A program made the translations under genes and the position numbers. This document shows positions 1 through 39,264 of a DNA stretch of 64,000 bases, one piece after another (position 1 is the first letter of the stretch; each line of letters starts with the position of its first letter). Under the pieces are notes generated by a model. It was not told where the DNA came from and searched no databases. It worked only from the letters and a program-made list of their open reading frames with translations. Source of the stretch: Amoebidium appalachense (lineage: Eukaryota > Protista > Ichthyosporea); contig CAVNZM010000007.1 of NCBI GenBank assembly GCA_963693365.1, forward strand, positions 4,027,962 through 4,091,961. Direction: 5' to 3'.

Positions 1-406
1 CCTCTGACATCTTTCTATATTCCTGTCCCACGTCCATACTCACCCACCTTCCTTCACATCCACTCCACATCCACTTCACATCCGCCCCCTCTCCCCTCCA
101 TTTACACTATGATTCCTACCCTCCAACACATTCCCCCCCCCCCCATCCCCACCCAGCCTCCACGAATGGCAAAAGCAAAAGAAGAACCAATGTCCATTCT
201 GTCGCAACGAAATCAGAGACATATCGTATGTGAAAGTCGAGGGTTCGACAAACATACAGGCACCCGTATATTCCCCCCCTCCCCCCCTCCCCTCCCCTCG
301 CCCCCCTCCCCCCCACATACACACCACCCTTCACCTCCATCCCTACCCTATTATATCCTCCTCCTCCCTTGAGCTGTGCTTTTGTACTCTCTAACCCCCC
401 CAAACA

Positions 407-456
<50 letters not shown>

Positions 457-990
457 AGCACCACTACCACCCCAGCTGCCACCCAAAACAAGTAAACCAC
501 ATCCACTCACGACCCACTCAGCACATATCAGATACCTGATTAGCTCGCGTTAAAAGTTGTTAAATTTGCTGCACGAATGTAAGTGAAGACATAAGATTGC
601 GTGTGTGAGGTTGCACGGGTTGGTACTGTTGCTAGATAGTGAAGGAGGGGGACTTGGGGTACGAGAGTGGAGGGGGACTCACTATGGCTGCTTTGGTGGG
701 TTTCTCCGTCTCTGAAAAGTGTGTGTCTCTTTTACATTCGTGTGTGCGGTCCTCTGTTTCTCTATCTGGGTGTGTGTCTGCTTGCGTCTCTCCTTGGTCT
801 CTCTCTCTCCCTCCCTCTCTCCCTCCCTCCCTCCCTCCCTCCCTCCCTCCCTCTCTCCGTCCCTCCCTCCCTCCCTCCCTCCCTTCCTCCCTCTCTCCCT
901 CTCTCCCTCCGTCCCTCCGTCCCTCCCTCACTCTCCTCTCCCTCTCTCGCTTTCTCTTTCTATCCCAGCCTCCCCTCCTCCCCCCCCCCC

Positions 991-1523
991 TACTTGAATG
1001 TTTGCCTTTGCATGTGTCCTGCACCATGCTTCTCATCGTGTATGCGTACTTCGTACTGTGTTCCGCATTCAAACCCCCCCTGTCTTCTTTCAGAAATGTC
1101 CTTTCAGGACAGACCACTGTGTGGAGACATCTTTACTTCCATGCAACCGGGCATGGTTGCTCTGTGTCGTGCATCTGTAAGCACATACGCGTTTGTCGCT
1201 GCACTGCATTAGTTTGCACACACATCTTCACCGTTTTGCTCACCTTGCTTGCATAAGCAACCCTGCTCGTCTTTGATCAAGACGGGTTGACCCACCCAAG
1301 TTCAGTTGATGCTGCTGTCTGAGTTGGAGCGTCGTATATACGCGGGCTAAGGGGTCGAAACTCAGACGCAATTGATGACTTGGGCCCTCCCTGAGGATGG
1401 GCTCTGCTTATGACGCATACTGTGCGCATGGCTGATGCTGCATACTTGAATGTTTGCCTTTGCATGTGTCCTGCACCATGCTTCTCATCGTGTATGCGTA
1501 CTTCGTACTGTGTTCCGCATTCA

Positions 1524-1525
<2 letters not shown>
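991..1525 (+). mobile_element. Non-autonomous ~452-bp repeat element, 1.2 units (terminal direct repeat like a pseudo-LTR), flanked by poly-C; probably Penelope-like (PLE)-mobilised / retrozyme-like
   Basis: 991-1075 is repeated at 1443-1525 (TACTTGAATGTTTGCC...CCGCATTCAAA). Poly-C lies on both sides. Near-identical reverse-strand copies occur at 26911-27902. No credible ORF. Confidence 0.85.
1317..1405 (+). ncRNA. Putative permuted hammerhead ribozyme core
   Basis: Stem III GUCUGAGU(1317-24) pairs with ACUCAGAC(1360-67). Cleavage triplet GUU (H17=1325). Stem I GGAG(1326-29)/CUCC(1387-90). CUGAGGA at 1391-97. Stem II GGCUCU(1400-05)/GGGGUC(1351-56), followed by GAAA at 1357-60. Confidence 0.6.
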
Positions 1526-1554
<29 letters not shown>

Positions 1555-1620
1555 TTTTCTTGGTGCGTTTGTCCGTCCATACCCCCACACTATCACGCCG
1601 TAATGTTTTTTCTCACACAG

Positions 1621-11277
<9,657 letters not shown>

Positions 11278-11610
11278 ACTCACTCTCTGAATAATGCACG
11301 AACTTTAGTTTATGTACGAGCGTTATCGAGTGTATTTTATTGTAGGTGTGTAGGCGAGTAAGCCTGTGTCCGTGTGTGCGTGCGCGCACTCGTTTAGTCG
11401 CTAGACCTCTCTTGTCTTCTTCTTCATTTGGAGATTAACCTAGATAATCGGGCAGTTGTGGGTTTGTTCTTCCCAATTTTCTTTCTTTCCTTCTTTGCTT
11501 TGTGCTCTTTATGTCTTTCTCTTTGCTCTCTCCCTTTCAAAGTTTTCGTTCTTTCTTTCTTTTTTTAATAGTGGCGGTGGTGATGGTGGTGTAAATATGT
11601 ATGTGTGTGT

Positions 11611-11649
<39 letters not shown>

Positions 11650-12054
11650 CTGGGGCTTCATTGTATTAGGTATACCAACATCTCCTTTAATTTTCATGCT
11701 GTTTTCATCCATTCTAATTAACCTTCGTATGCATTCTTGCAGTGCAAGAAACCAGCTCTTTCGGTAACTCGTATAGATTCCCGCGCACACATGCGGAAAA
11801 TCAAAAAAAAAAAAAAAAAAAAAAAAAAAAGGTACATATATACACGTATCGTTGAACTATACAAACTAAGTCTAGTGGATTTGTACCGTACCGATCGTTA
11901 TCAAATAAATCTTAAGTTTATATCGTGATTTAATAATTCGTAAGTTTACATGTGTAAATAAATAATGGCCCGTCCTTGGTTTTGTTCAACTCCGATGTTA
12001 AGGTCCTTCGAAAAGCTTGCTGATGCATGTGGCTTGTATGTGTGTGTGTGTGTG

Positions 12055-12133
<79 letters not shown>

Positions 12134-12362
12134 ATGTGTGCCTGCCTGCATGCGTGAAAGTGGCTGTTGTGTGGGTGTGCACGCGTGCGCACGTGTGTGT
12201 ATGTGTTTGTCTAAACACACGAACCATGCCTAGCTGTGCACAAGTCAACATATATACTACATTTGTTAACATATACACACACTTATCTATACATACATAC
12301 ATGCACACAGTTTTGCCTGTGCAATTGCAGAGTGATATGCAACGCTTTGCTCATTATTTGAA

Positions 12363-29893
<17,531 letters not shown>

Positions 29894-30231
29894 CTGTGTT
29901 TATATTATTGGTGGAGGGTGGGTGAGCTCCTAAAGAGATAGAGAGACTGAGAAAAGGAGACGTTATGTAGCTAATGAGGGAGAAAAGAAAGTGTTATAGG
30001 GCGCCAGTAAGCCACCTGTGTGTGTGCATGCGTGTGTGCATGCCTGATTACGTTCGTGCGTGTATGCGTGTGTCCGTACATGCGCCTGCAGGTGTGTATA
30101 TGTGCACGTGTGTCCGTGCAAGCATCAGTGAGTGTGTGTACATGTGGCACACGCGTCCTCGGCCGTACGGGGGAGAGGAAGGGAGAAACCACTGAGATAT
30201 GAAGTTTGAGTAGATGGGGGGAAACTACCGT

Positions 30232-30264
<33 letters not shown>

Positions 30265-31595
30265 TGTGTGCTTTCCTTTGTGTGTGTGTTTGGATGAAGG
30301 GGCTGTAGGAGAGAGATGCGGGACTGAGCCAATGGGGGTAGGGGAAGAGATAGAACAAGAGAAAGGGCATTGACAAGTGTGAGAGAAGGGTAGAGCGGGA
30401 GAGGGAGAGAGGAAGCAGGTGAGGAAAAGGGGAAGAGAGGTGGAGAGGTGAAGAGGAGGAGGGGGAGATGGGGTTTGAGCGAGAGGGCGGGGGTAGAGGG
30501 GGGTTTGGGGGGGGGGCTCTAAGGAGGGAGGGAGGGAGGGAGGGAGGGAGGGAGGGAGGGAGGGAGGGAGGGAGGGAGTGGGCAAAGAGGGAGGGGAAGA
30601 CGGAGAGGAGTAGAGAGAGGGGGAAGAGGAAAAGCGACGTCTGCAAAAATGGGTGGTATGTGCATGTGTCTCTGTCTGTGCTTTTTTTGGGGGGGGGGGG
30701 GGGGGGGGGGGGGGGGAGGGGAGGGAGGAGAGGAGGGGGGGAGGGGGGTTGCACGATGTGCAGTGAGGAGCCCATGGCGCCGTCTTCTCAGGTAAGCGCA
30801 CGTGATTTTCCCATCGGTGCACTCACCATTGTCTGGTCCGTAAAACGAAAGCGCGAAACATGGTGGATCCAGGCAACGCGGCTTAACTGGCTTCGTTTGC
30901 TTTACGCTTCAATAAAATGGTTTTGTCGGACTTGGTGAACCTCGCACCAAACTGCTTTTCGCCGGATTGCTTTATGGCCGGTCTGATGATGAGAGGCAGC
31001 ACCCGGCTGCCGTCCCCTGGGCGGCAAATAAATCACATGTAGCCTACTGACTCCCGGCCCTGGGGCCATACACACGAGATCCCCCCCCCTCCCCCCCCCC
31101 CCCCCCTCCCCCCCTCCCCCCCTCCCCCCACCCCCCCACCCCCACCCCCACCCTAACCCTTTTCCCCCTTTTCCCCCTTAGTACCTCGATATGGTTAGTG
31201 ATAGCTAAGATATAAACAACCCCCTTCCCCTCCATTCCCCGTCCTTCCCCCCCTCTCCTCCTCCATCCCTCTTTCTCTCCTGTTCTCACCCCCCCCCCCC
31301 CCCCCCCCCCCCCCACCCAACCCAACAACCCGGGGTGACCACATCTGCATAAAACACACACACAAACACGTATACAAACACCCACAATCACATACAACAT
31401 AGGGGTTTACGCTGTTTACTCGAGGCAAAGAGAACCAGTCTCAGGTATGGGGGGGGGGTTTTGCTCGGAATATCCCCTCAGCGGTATATCATGATCACGT
31501 ACATAGATGTCGGGTGGTGACTATATATCAGGGTTTACTTTCTCTACGAGACACCATAAAGACTACAAGGAGAAATCAATTAGTTGGGGTTCCCC

Positions 31596-31640
<45 letters not shown>

Positions 31641-31672
31641 GGGCTCCCCTTGGGACACTCGGTATCAGCTGG

Positions 31673-31729
<57 letters not shown>

Positions 31730-31734
31730 CGCTA

Positions 31735-31930
31735 TAATTTTGTAGTGATGGTTTCTCGAGCCAATCAATACATCTAATAAACAGGTCGTAGTTACGCGTG
31801 TTTAGTATAAAATCAAGGATGTTGTAATTTACAGGTAGGCTATCTTTCTGGGTGTCTGTTGTGAATGTGACGTGTGTGTGTTGCGGTATTATGTGGTCTA
31901 TCAAACTACATTTGGCGATAATATACAACA
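31735..31930 (-). mobile_element. 3' remnant of a LINE related to the 48.9-51.1 kb element
   Basis: Translates to YNILDFILNTRNYDLFIRCIDWL, matching MTILDHLINAAQYDIVIRCLNFL at the C-terminus of the 49082-51080 ORF. Confidence 0.55.
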
Positions 31931-32728
31931 TACACACACCAAGCACACACAAACACCTACACACACGTATACACGCAGACACCCGTATATCGGAAATAGA
32001 TCAATCTCTAGACCATAGATCTGTGGGAAATTAGGATATGTACGTATATCAAAATTCTAACTTGTAGATATAATTTGAATTTTGGATGCATGTAAAATGT
32101 TGATTCATCTCTAAACTAGTTCGGTTCTGGTTCAATAGCATTTTTTTATTTGTTTATGTTGACGTTAATAGATAGCTCCTAATGTAAAACGAACCCACGT
32201 ACCATAGATGAACACGGTTGAACAATTGCTATTATTGGATTGGATAAATGCATAGTGTTAGTCACCAATGAGATATCAGAAATACACCCATATATCCACC
32301 TTTAGCTTTCGACCAATAGGAATAGATCTTGTCCTGATAGCAAGCTATTGGAAAACTGTAGTCCGAACTCACCACACCACACACACACAACTTCTTTGCA
32401 GTGTACAGCAGTTCCCGTAAAGTTTCTCGTCTGTGCTTAGGGGGTTAGCACACACGCCATACACCGGCAACACCAGCACGCTTAGCTATAAGGACGCCTG
32501 GGGCAGGGACTTTAGCGCTAGTCCACTAGATCCATTCTAGACCACACAGTAGATAGGGGGGTGTGGTGACGGCCTCCCCTGGCCTCACCCCTCTTTGGTG
32601 TAACTACTGTTAGCTGAGCACCTTATAGCATAGCTGGTTTTACACGGTCTGCTCTTGTACACCTACACACACCGACACACAACATAAGTATACGAAAATA
32701 CAGTGAATACACTACCAAATACACCACC

Positions 32729-34585
32729 TCAATACAGTTAAGGCCCTCGGGCCCGAAAACAGAAATCATCCCCCCCCCCCCCCCCCTTCCCCCAACCAAG
32801 CACTACTACCCTCAACCTAGCACTTACAGCCCTGATCCATAAAGCTGAGAACAGCAGGCAAACGGCGAGGAAATAGAATGCGGGCGGGTAGGTGGGTCCT
32901 AAGAGAAGCGGCGAGGAAAAGACTGTTTGAGAGAAGCGAAAAACACGACTTTAATAGTCGCTTCTACAGGAAGAGATGTGTGATGCCGATCATCACACCA
33001 TCTTTTCTGATTGGTGGATAAAATGAGTATTTACCAAATATATCATTTAGACACCAAACTGCTATCTACGTCCTAATTTAAGACACAGCCGGCTAACATA
33101 CACTATTATACAATTGCGCTGGCTGGCTGGGGCCCCTCAGCCTGCCCACCCAGGAACCGGGGGTGCCGTCCAGACGAAATGCTTGCATACGCCACGGTCG
33201 CACCCCGCGCGGGAGTGACCTCAGAGGGGCGCAGAGGCACACTTGCCGAAGCCAACCCCTGAATGACGGGCCACCACGACGCCGTATCCCACACTGGAAC
33301 GACGAGGATGCCCGCTGCACCTTCCCGCTGCAGCTTGGCCACCGTTCGCTTGATCAGCGGGAACGGAGGCGCCCACCAGCTTGGTCCCGTCCACAGCACC
33401 GCCAACCCGTCTGCCATCCCACTGGGGGCCCCTGCCTGGGCCCACACATTAAACTTGGCCTTCACTGCCGAGGTGTGGGTGGCAAACCGATCGACTTCGG
33501 GCTGCATGCCCAGCAGCCACTCCACCCGCTCGACCGCCTCCGGCGTGACTTGCCATTCATGCCGGAGGTCCACCCGCGACAGCCAATCTGCTCGGTCCTT
33601 GAGCTCACCTGGGATGTAGGTCACCTCCTGTGGCCAAGGCAACCCGTGGTCGAGGCACAACTGCAGAAGCTGCCACAGAATGCACTGCATCGAGGGGCTA
33701 CCGCTGCCCTTTTTCCGCACTGCCCCAAGGGCCGCCTGGGCATCGGCTTGCCACACATGCACCTGCTGCCCACGGAGGGCTTCCTGCAGGGCAGGGCTCT
33801 GATAGGCCTCCAACAGGCCCTCACATTCCGCAATCGCCGCCGCCCGCGGAGCGTAGTCGGCTGCCCACCTGCCCGCCGCCTCAAGCGCAGGGGCAGAGGA
33901 TCCCGCCAAGTGAAGCACGGCCCCCCAGCCGTGTGTGGTGGCGGCATCCGTGATGAGCGTAGCCGTGACCGGGCCAATTGGGCCATATCTCCGCCCGAAG
34001 CAACCGGCCAATGAACTGGGGTGTCCGACCGATAATCCGTAACTAACGACCCGAAAGCCGAACGAAACTGCGCCAATTTCCCCCGCGTAGGGCGGCATAC
34101 ACTGGCCGCACCAACGTCAGCACGTGCGGAGTGGCAGCCCGCAGACTCATTGGCACACTCATGACCACCCCCAACCACCGGGCGACTTGCTTCTTTTCCA
34201 CCCATCGCTTGCCCTTGCGAGCCTTGGCCATCACCCGCTTGGTCTCCTCCACCAGCTTCTCCATAGAGGTGGCGGTAGGGGCCAACACACCCGCGGCAAG
34301 GTCGACATGGATGCCTAGATGGTCGAGATGGTCGGTGGGCTCCCACTGGCCCTTCTCCGTATTTCGGCTCAGGCCCGTTGCCTCGGGCTCCCCTCAACAG
34401 CACCGCGAGTTTGCAGCGCCTTTAGCGGCCGTTCGACGACCAACCAGTCGTCCAAGAACGCTAACGTGCGCACACCGCACCGGTGAAGACGCCGACCGAA
34501 CTCCTTCATGAGCCGCGTGAAGTAGTATGGGCTGAGGGAATAGCCGAAAGGCAGCACAGTGTACTGATACAGCTGGCCGCCAACC
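32729..34585 (-). mobile_element. DIRS-type retrotransposon remnant: RT (partial), RNase H, Dam-like methyltransferase domain
   Basis: RT motifs QYTVLPFGYSLSPYYF..AFLDDWLV. DIRS RNase H motifs ITDAA..GWGA..E..D..YIPGE..ADWLSR. MT motifs EVDRFA..FN..DGL..W..APPFPLI..LVVPVW..WWP. Frameshifts present; no gag or tyrosine recombinase. Confidence 0.88.
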
Positions 34586-35987
34586 TGCCCTGCAGGAAGC
34601 CCTCCGTGGGCAGCGGGTGCAGTGGCAAGCCGATGCCCAGGCGGCCCTTGGGGCCATGCGGAAAAAGGGCAGCGGCAGCCCCTCGATGCAGTGCATTCTG
34701 TGGCAGCTTCTGCAGTTGTGCCTCGACCACGGGTTGCCTTGGCCACAGGAGGTGGCCTACTGTCGTATCCTAGTATATGTGTACTAGAGACGCGGCACTC
34801 TACTAAGTGTACACACACGAAAAGGAACGAACGTGTATAGAAAAACGGTAAAGTTTATTAAGACCAGGCTCCGACGGGCAAACTTAGATCCGTACGGATT
34901 AAGTCTAAGTTACGACTGAGGCCATCAAGGCCGTGCCCTACAAGATCATCATCACCTGGCCCCCTACGATGCCACATTCCATTAACATTCCGATCTACTT
35001 TTATCGTGCGCCTGCACGAGCTAAGTCGATCTACTCAACTAATATATTTATCCAAGTCTCACCCCTCACCCTCCCCCTAGTGGCACCGCAGAGTCTAAAT
35101 CTACATTTCATACTATCCTCCCCCCCCCCTCCCTCCCCCCCTTTCCTCTACATCTACATATATAAATACGTTTGGCAACATATACTATCAAACCTTGCCA
35201 ATCCTTACAAAAGGGCTTCTGCCCGAACAATCACATTCCTAAGTCCTCCTACGATCTATCCTACACACTAATTAGAATTCTATTGGACGGCTGTCCCGGC
35301 TGACGTGGTCCAATGCCCTGCGCCGGCAGAGGCAAGATGCACGCAGCTGTTCAGCTATCTTGAGGCCCCGGACTTGATCTTGATGATCTGTGGACCCGGG
35401 CCACCCCCCCCCCCCCCCCCCCCCCGATCTCGATCGTAGACTTAGGCTAATCTGCTGAGACGGATTAGTATATGTCAACTCCCCCCCCGGCCCCCGGAAA
35501 AGCTGAGTCCCACCTCAGTCACATTACATCTAACACCCCCTAAAAAGACATAGACTAATCAGTCTCCTAAAAAAATTAAATTAAATGAATGACGAAGAAA
35601 AATAATAAATTAATCTACACCATAAGCTTGATACCTACGGAGACACCTATGATAATAAATTAAATTCCTACGACTACGTTCACACTCCTCCTCGGTCTCC
35701 TCCCCCCCCTCCCCCTCCCCCCGTGTGTCTACGTGTATTTGCATCACTCCCCCCCCGGTCCCCTCCCCCCACCGACTTTTTCACCGGCCCCTTTAAATAA
35801 TTCTTAACCAGACCAATCAACACATCTTCCTCCTGCGCTAAGATCAAAGCCGTAGGTGCTAAGGCAGGGGCCGAGCCATGAGACTCGGTCCCGACCTCAG
35901 ACACTGACAAATACCGCCCCCCCCCTCCCCTACACTTATAAGCAAGCAACCCCGGAGCCCAAGAAGAAACATCAACAGACACAGCAT

Positions 35988-36467
35988 TGTAAACAGTTGG
36001 ACTAGTTAGGATAAGGCAGAGTACAACTGAATCAAAATAAAGACAGAGAACGGGTAGAAAGGCACACGCGGCCAGGTTGCTTTTACTATGGGCCGACTCA
36101 GTCTGTCTCAGACTTCACTGATGTGATCCCCGTACTGGGACGGCTTTCTTATATAGCCCCCAGGTTTCGGATCAAGGCCCAGGATTGGTTCATCCGCGGC
36201 CAGCGCGGGTGGCAACATGCCATTCGTGATTCTGGTGCGGTCCGAGCCAGTCAGACCTTTGTCCTATTTATGCAAACCTCTTATTGGTTCACTTCGTTTA
36301 TGTGGTATGCAGCTGAAGAACCATATATGGTTCAATTCTTAGGTCAGAGTGAGTCCTATTGGTGCGGACATAATATTTATGTGATATTCATGACAAAGCA
36401 CGAATCGTGTGCTAGTAGATCACATTCTTTAGTAAACATGTACAGTTCATGTGTACAGTTGTTTACA
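35988..36467 (-). mobile_element. Solo LTR of a second LTR family nested in the Gypsy element
   Basis: TGTAAACAG...TGTTTACA termini, 5-bp TSD AGCAT (35983-87, 36468-72), TATATAAG on the minus strand. It interrupts the RH-to-integrase linker. Confidence 0.85.
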
Positions 36468-36486
36468 AGCATCTATTCCTTTCTGC

Positions 36487-39264
36487 TCACTCTCCCCCCC
36501 CCTTCCCCCCCCTCCCCCCCCGTCTCTCACTAGCCCCCCCTCCCCCCTCCTTCTCTTCTTCAAACAAAATATAAGCAGCACGAGAGAGAGCATCACAGTC
36601 AACCATTGTTTCACCCTTGGCATAAAACAATTTATAGGAGAACTCACCGAGAGCCGCGGCCCACTTCTGCATCCTCTCGTTGACCAGACGAGTGGTGCCG
36701 GCCATGGCTAGGCAGGGCTTGTGGTCGGTGTAGACCTCAAACGTCCTGCCTGCGAGTATATACCTCCATGCCTGTGAGACTGCCCAAAAGATAGCATGGG
36801 ACTCTCTCTCCGGATTGCTATATCTACGTTCACTTTTACTAAATGAACGACTAGCATAAGCAATCACTCTATCCTGCCCCTCCTGCACTTGATATAACAC
36901 GGCCCCCTCAGCAACCTTACTTGCATCACACCGAACTTTAAACATCCCCCCCCCGGCCGAAAAATCAGGATGGACAAGCATACTCGAAGACTGCAAAGCT
37001 AACTTAAGCTTTTCGAAAGCAGAAACAGCATCAGCATTCCAATCAATTCTATTCTTCTTCTCCCCCCCCGTCTGACTAGTTAACGGCAAAGCAAGCATAC
37101 TATAATCCTTAATATAACGACGAAGATAATTAGTTAAACCTAAAAATTGCCTTAGTTGAGTGACAGTCTGAGGACGGGGCCACTCAACTATGGCCCGGAT
37201 TTTCTCCGGATCAGGGGCAAGACCATTACTAGACACAATATGACCTAAAAACTTAACCTCCGGCACACCAATCACAGTCTTGCTACCGCTAATACGAAGA
37301 CCAGACTCACCCAAAGCTAAAAATACTTTTTCACAATTATTAACTAACTCCTCAAATGACCTACCTTTAATTAAAACATCATCCAAATAAGGGTGGCATA
37401 CATCCAAATGAGGGTGGAGAATTTTATACATTACCCGGCACAACATAGCTGGAGAGGAGAGCAAACCCATCGGCACCACCTTGTACTGGAACAGCTGGTC
37501 ACCCAGTGCAAAGGCAGTCTTCTCCTTGCTGCTCTCCTCCAACCTTATCTGCCAAAAAGCTGCTTTTAAATCAAGTTTAGCAAAGTGAGTATAGCCGTGC
37601 AGCTGTGAAAGCTGCTCGTCTATGTTAGGGAGAGGCCATTGGTCTGCCTTAGTGATCCGATTCAGAGCCCTGTAATCGTTCACTAGACGCCAAGACCCGT
37701 CGGGCTTCTTAACCAATAGCACCGGACTTCTCCACGGACTCGAACTATGCTCCACATGACCCTTTTTTAACATATCACTCACTATTATTAGCGCATCCGA
37801 CAATTTATACTGCTCCATTCTATAGCTAGGCATCACTACCGGCCTATTATCACCTGTGTCGATCTGCATTTCAAACCCTTTAACGAAGCCTACTTCGTTA
37901 TCATCGGCCAGAAATGCAAACCGAGTCCTATCAAATAACTTAGCTAGCAATTTTTTCTGTTCTACCGTCCAATCCCCCTCCTTCATACCAAACGGCAATA
38001 CTAACTCCGGGTTACCCCCATCACAAGTGGATGCATCCTTATTCACCGGAGTGCCACTTAACATTTCACCTCCTGTATTACATCGGTGCTGCTCGGGGTG
38101 AGGGTGAGGTACCTCCGGATATAGGCGGTCACCCTTAGCACCCCCCCCTCCCCCCGGCACACCAATGCCCCCGGGCAATTCCTGATGAGTTAGTGCATGT
38201 ATGTGGGGGGCCAGGTCTGTGGCCACCCTGCCCCCCACGGTGTTGGTTAACCCGTCAGATCCACGGGTTAGACCAACACCCTCCCCCCCTGCCTGCACAT
38301 TCTCACACCCGGGGTGACCCTCCTTCCTCTTGGGGGTCGGGGGAGTGGGACCGGTGCTGTCCCGGTCCCCCCCCCCATCGTGTCGGGTGACATTTTGGTG
38401 GCTAACGTTAAATAAAGTTGTTCCCCCTCCTCCTGAGTCACCCTTCGAGCCGGCATCCTCCTTTTGGGTAATAAGAGAGACCTCTATACTACCAATCTCA
38501 TTAGTGAAACTACCGACGGAAACACCTGACCTAATCACTATAGGCTCGATGCCCGGATTCACTAATTCTATTTCTATTGTCTTATCCGGCCATACCCTAC
38601 TAAGGGTCCATTGGGCCACCTCCTGAAATGGGGTTTTCGGAGTAAAAACCCCTAAATCCCCTATCCTAACATGATTGCCGGCCCGGACACGTACCGTTTG
38701 GCACTGATAAGGCTCGATTACTACTTCAGCTACCGTTCTAGCACCAGACTGATAACCGTCGAGCCCATCATGGGTTTTAATTTTAACGCCGGACTGCAAT
38801 TCTAAAACATTCGTACGTTCAAACAAAGCATTCACATGTCTACGGAAAAATGGGGCTCCCAACAAAACACTTTGAGCTAAATCCTTAACCACATAACAAG
38901 CAACATGCATAGCCTGGCCACCTATCTCACACGGCAACACACAAACGCCTTCCACAGACATACTACTATTATTAGCACTACCTAAGGCTGTGCTAGAAGC
39001 ATCTAAAATAGGAATTTCCCCCCCGGCCCGATTAAAACGACGAATAAACGAAGCATGCACACAATTAACCTGAGCCCCTCCATCGAGCAAAGCAACCGCC
39101 TTCAACTTACCATCAGCTAACCATACGTCTATATAATGCCGGCTAAAACCAACTAAATCCTCCTCCAATTCAAGCAACACATCCTCACTCACACCCAATC
39201 CCTGCCCACGAAGACTCACACCCTCGATACCTACGTGCAACATACCTACCTGTGGTGCCTGCAC
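36487..39264 (-). CDS. pol: Gypsy pol: aspartic protease, dUTPase-like insert, RT, RNase H; integrase missing
   Basis: ALLDGGAQVN (protease); SPWRSPVLLVKKPDGSWRLVNDYR, LDLKAAFWQI, PMGL, YLDD (RT); CDAS..ERE..YTDH..DALSR (RNase H). Confidence 0.93.
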   Translation of the reverse strand: MQAPQVGMLHVGIEGVSLRGQGLGVSEDVLLELEEDLVGFSRHYIDVWLADGKLKAVALLDGGAQVNCVHASFIRRFNRAGGEIPILDASSTALGSANNSSMSVEGVCVLPCEIGGQAMHVACYVVKDLAQSVLLGAPFFRRHVNALFERTNVLELQSGVKIKTHDGLDGYQSGARTVAEVVIEPYQCQTVRVRAGNHVRIGDLGVFTPKTPFQEVAQWTLSRVWPDKTIEIELVNPGIEPIVIRSGVSVGSFTNEIGSIEVSLITQKEDAGSKGDSGGGGTTLFNVSHQNVTRHDGGGDRDSTGPTPPTPKRKEGHPGCENVQAGGEGVGLTRGSDGLTNTVGGRVATDLAPHIHALTHQELPGGIGVPGGGGGAKGDRLYPEVPHPHPEQHRCNTGGEMLSGTPVNKDASTCDGGNPELVLPFGMKEGDWTVEQKKLLAKLFDRTRFAFLADDNEVGFVKGFEMQIDTGDNRPVVMPSYRMEQYKLSDALIIVSDMLKKGHVEHSSSPWRSPVLLVKKPDGSWRLVNDYRALNRITKADQWPLPNIDEQLSQLHGYTHFAKLDLKAAFWQIRLEESSKEKTAFALGDQLFQYKVVPMGLLSSPAMLCRVMYKILHPHLDVCHPYLDDVLIKGRSFEELVNNCEKVFLALGESGLRISGSKTVIGVPEVKFLGHIVSSNGLAPDPEKIRAIVEWPRPQTVTQLRQFLGLTNYLRRYIKDYSMLALPLTSQTGGEKKNRIDWNADAVSAFEKLKLALQSSSMLVHPDFSAGGGMFKVRCDASKVAEGAVLYQVQEGQDRVIAYASRSFSKSERRYSNPERESHAIFWAVSQAWRYILAGRTFEVYTDHKPCLAMAGTTRLVNERMQKWAAALGEFSYKLFYAKGETMVDCDALSRAAYILFEEEKEGGGGASERRGGRGGKGGGE

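Noticed and set aside
1368-1438. Box C/D snoRNA reading of the 450-bp element (TGATGA...CTGA with a short terminal stem)
   Set aside because: The boxes are not conserved in the 21.2 kb and 47.8 kb copies, whereas the hammerhead segments are. No convincing rRNA guide.
30982-30992. CTGATGATG as another hammerhead core (also at ~41349-41357, minus strand)
   Set aside because: No matching GAAA segment or stems nearby.
32357-32736. Possible solo LTR (TG...CA, TATA-like motif)
   Set aside because: No target-site duplication found, and its end overlaps sequence shared with the inverted arm.
33106-33560. Stand-alone DNA adenine methyltransferase or restriction-modification gene
   Set aside because: It is the known MT domain fused downstream of DIRS RNase H.
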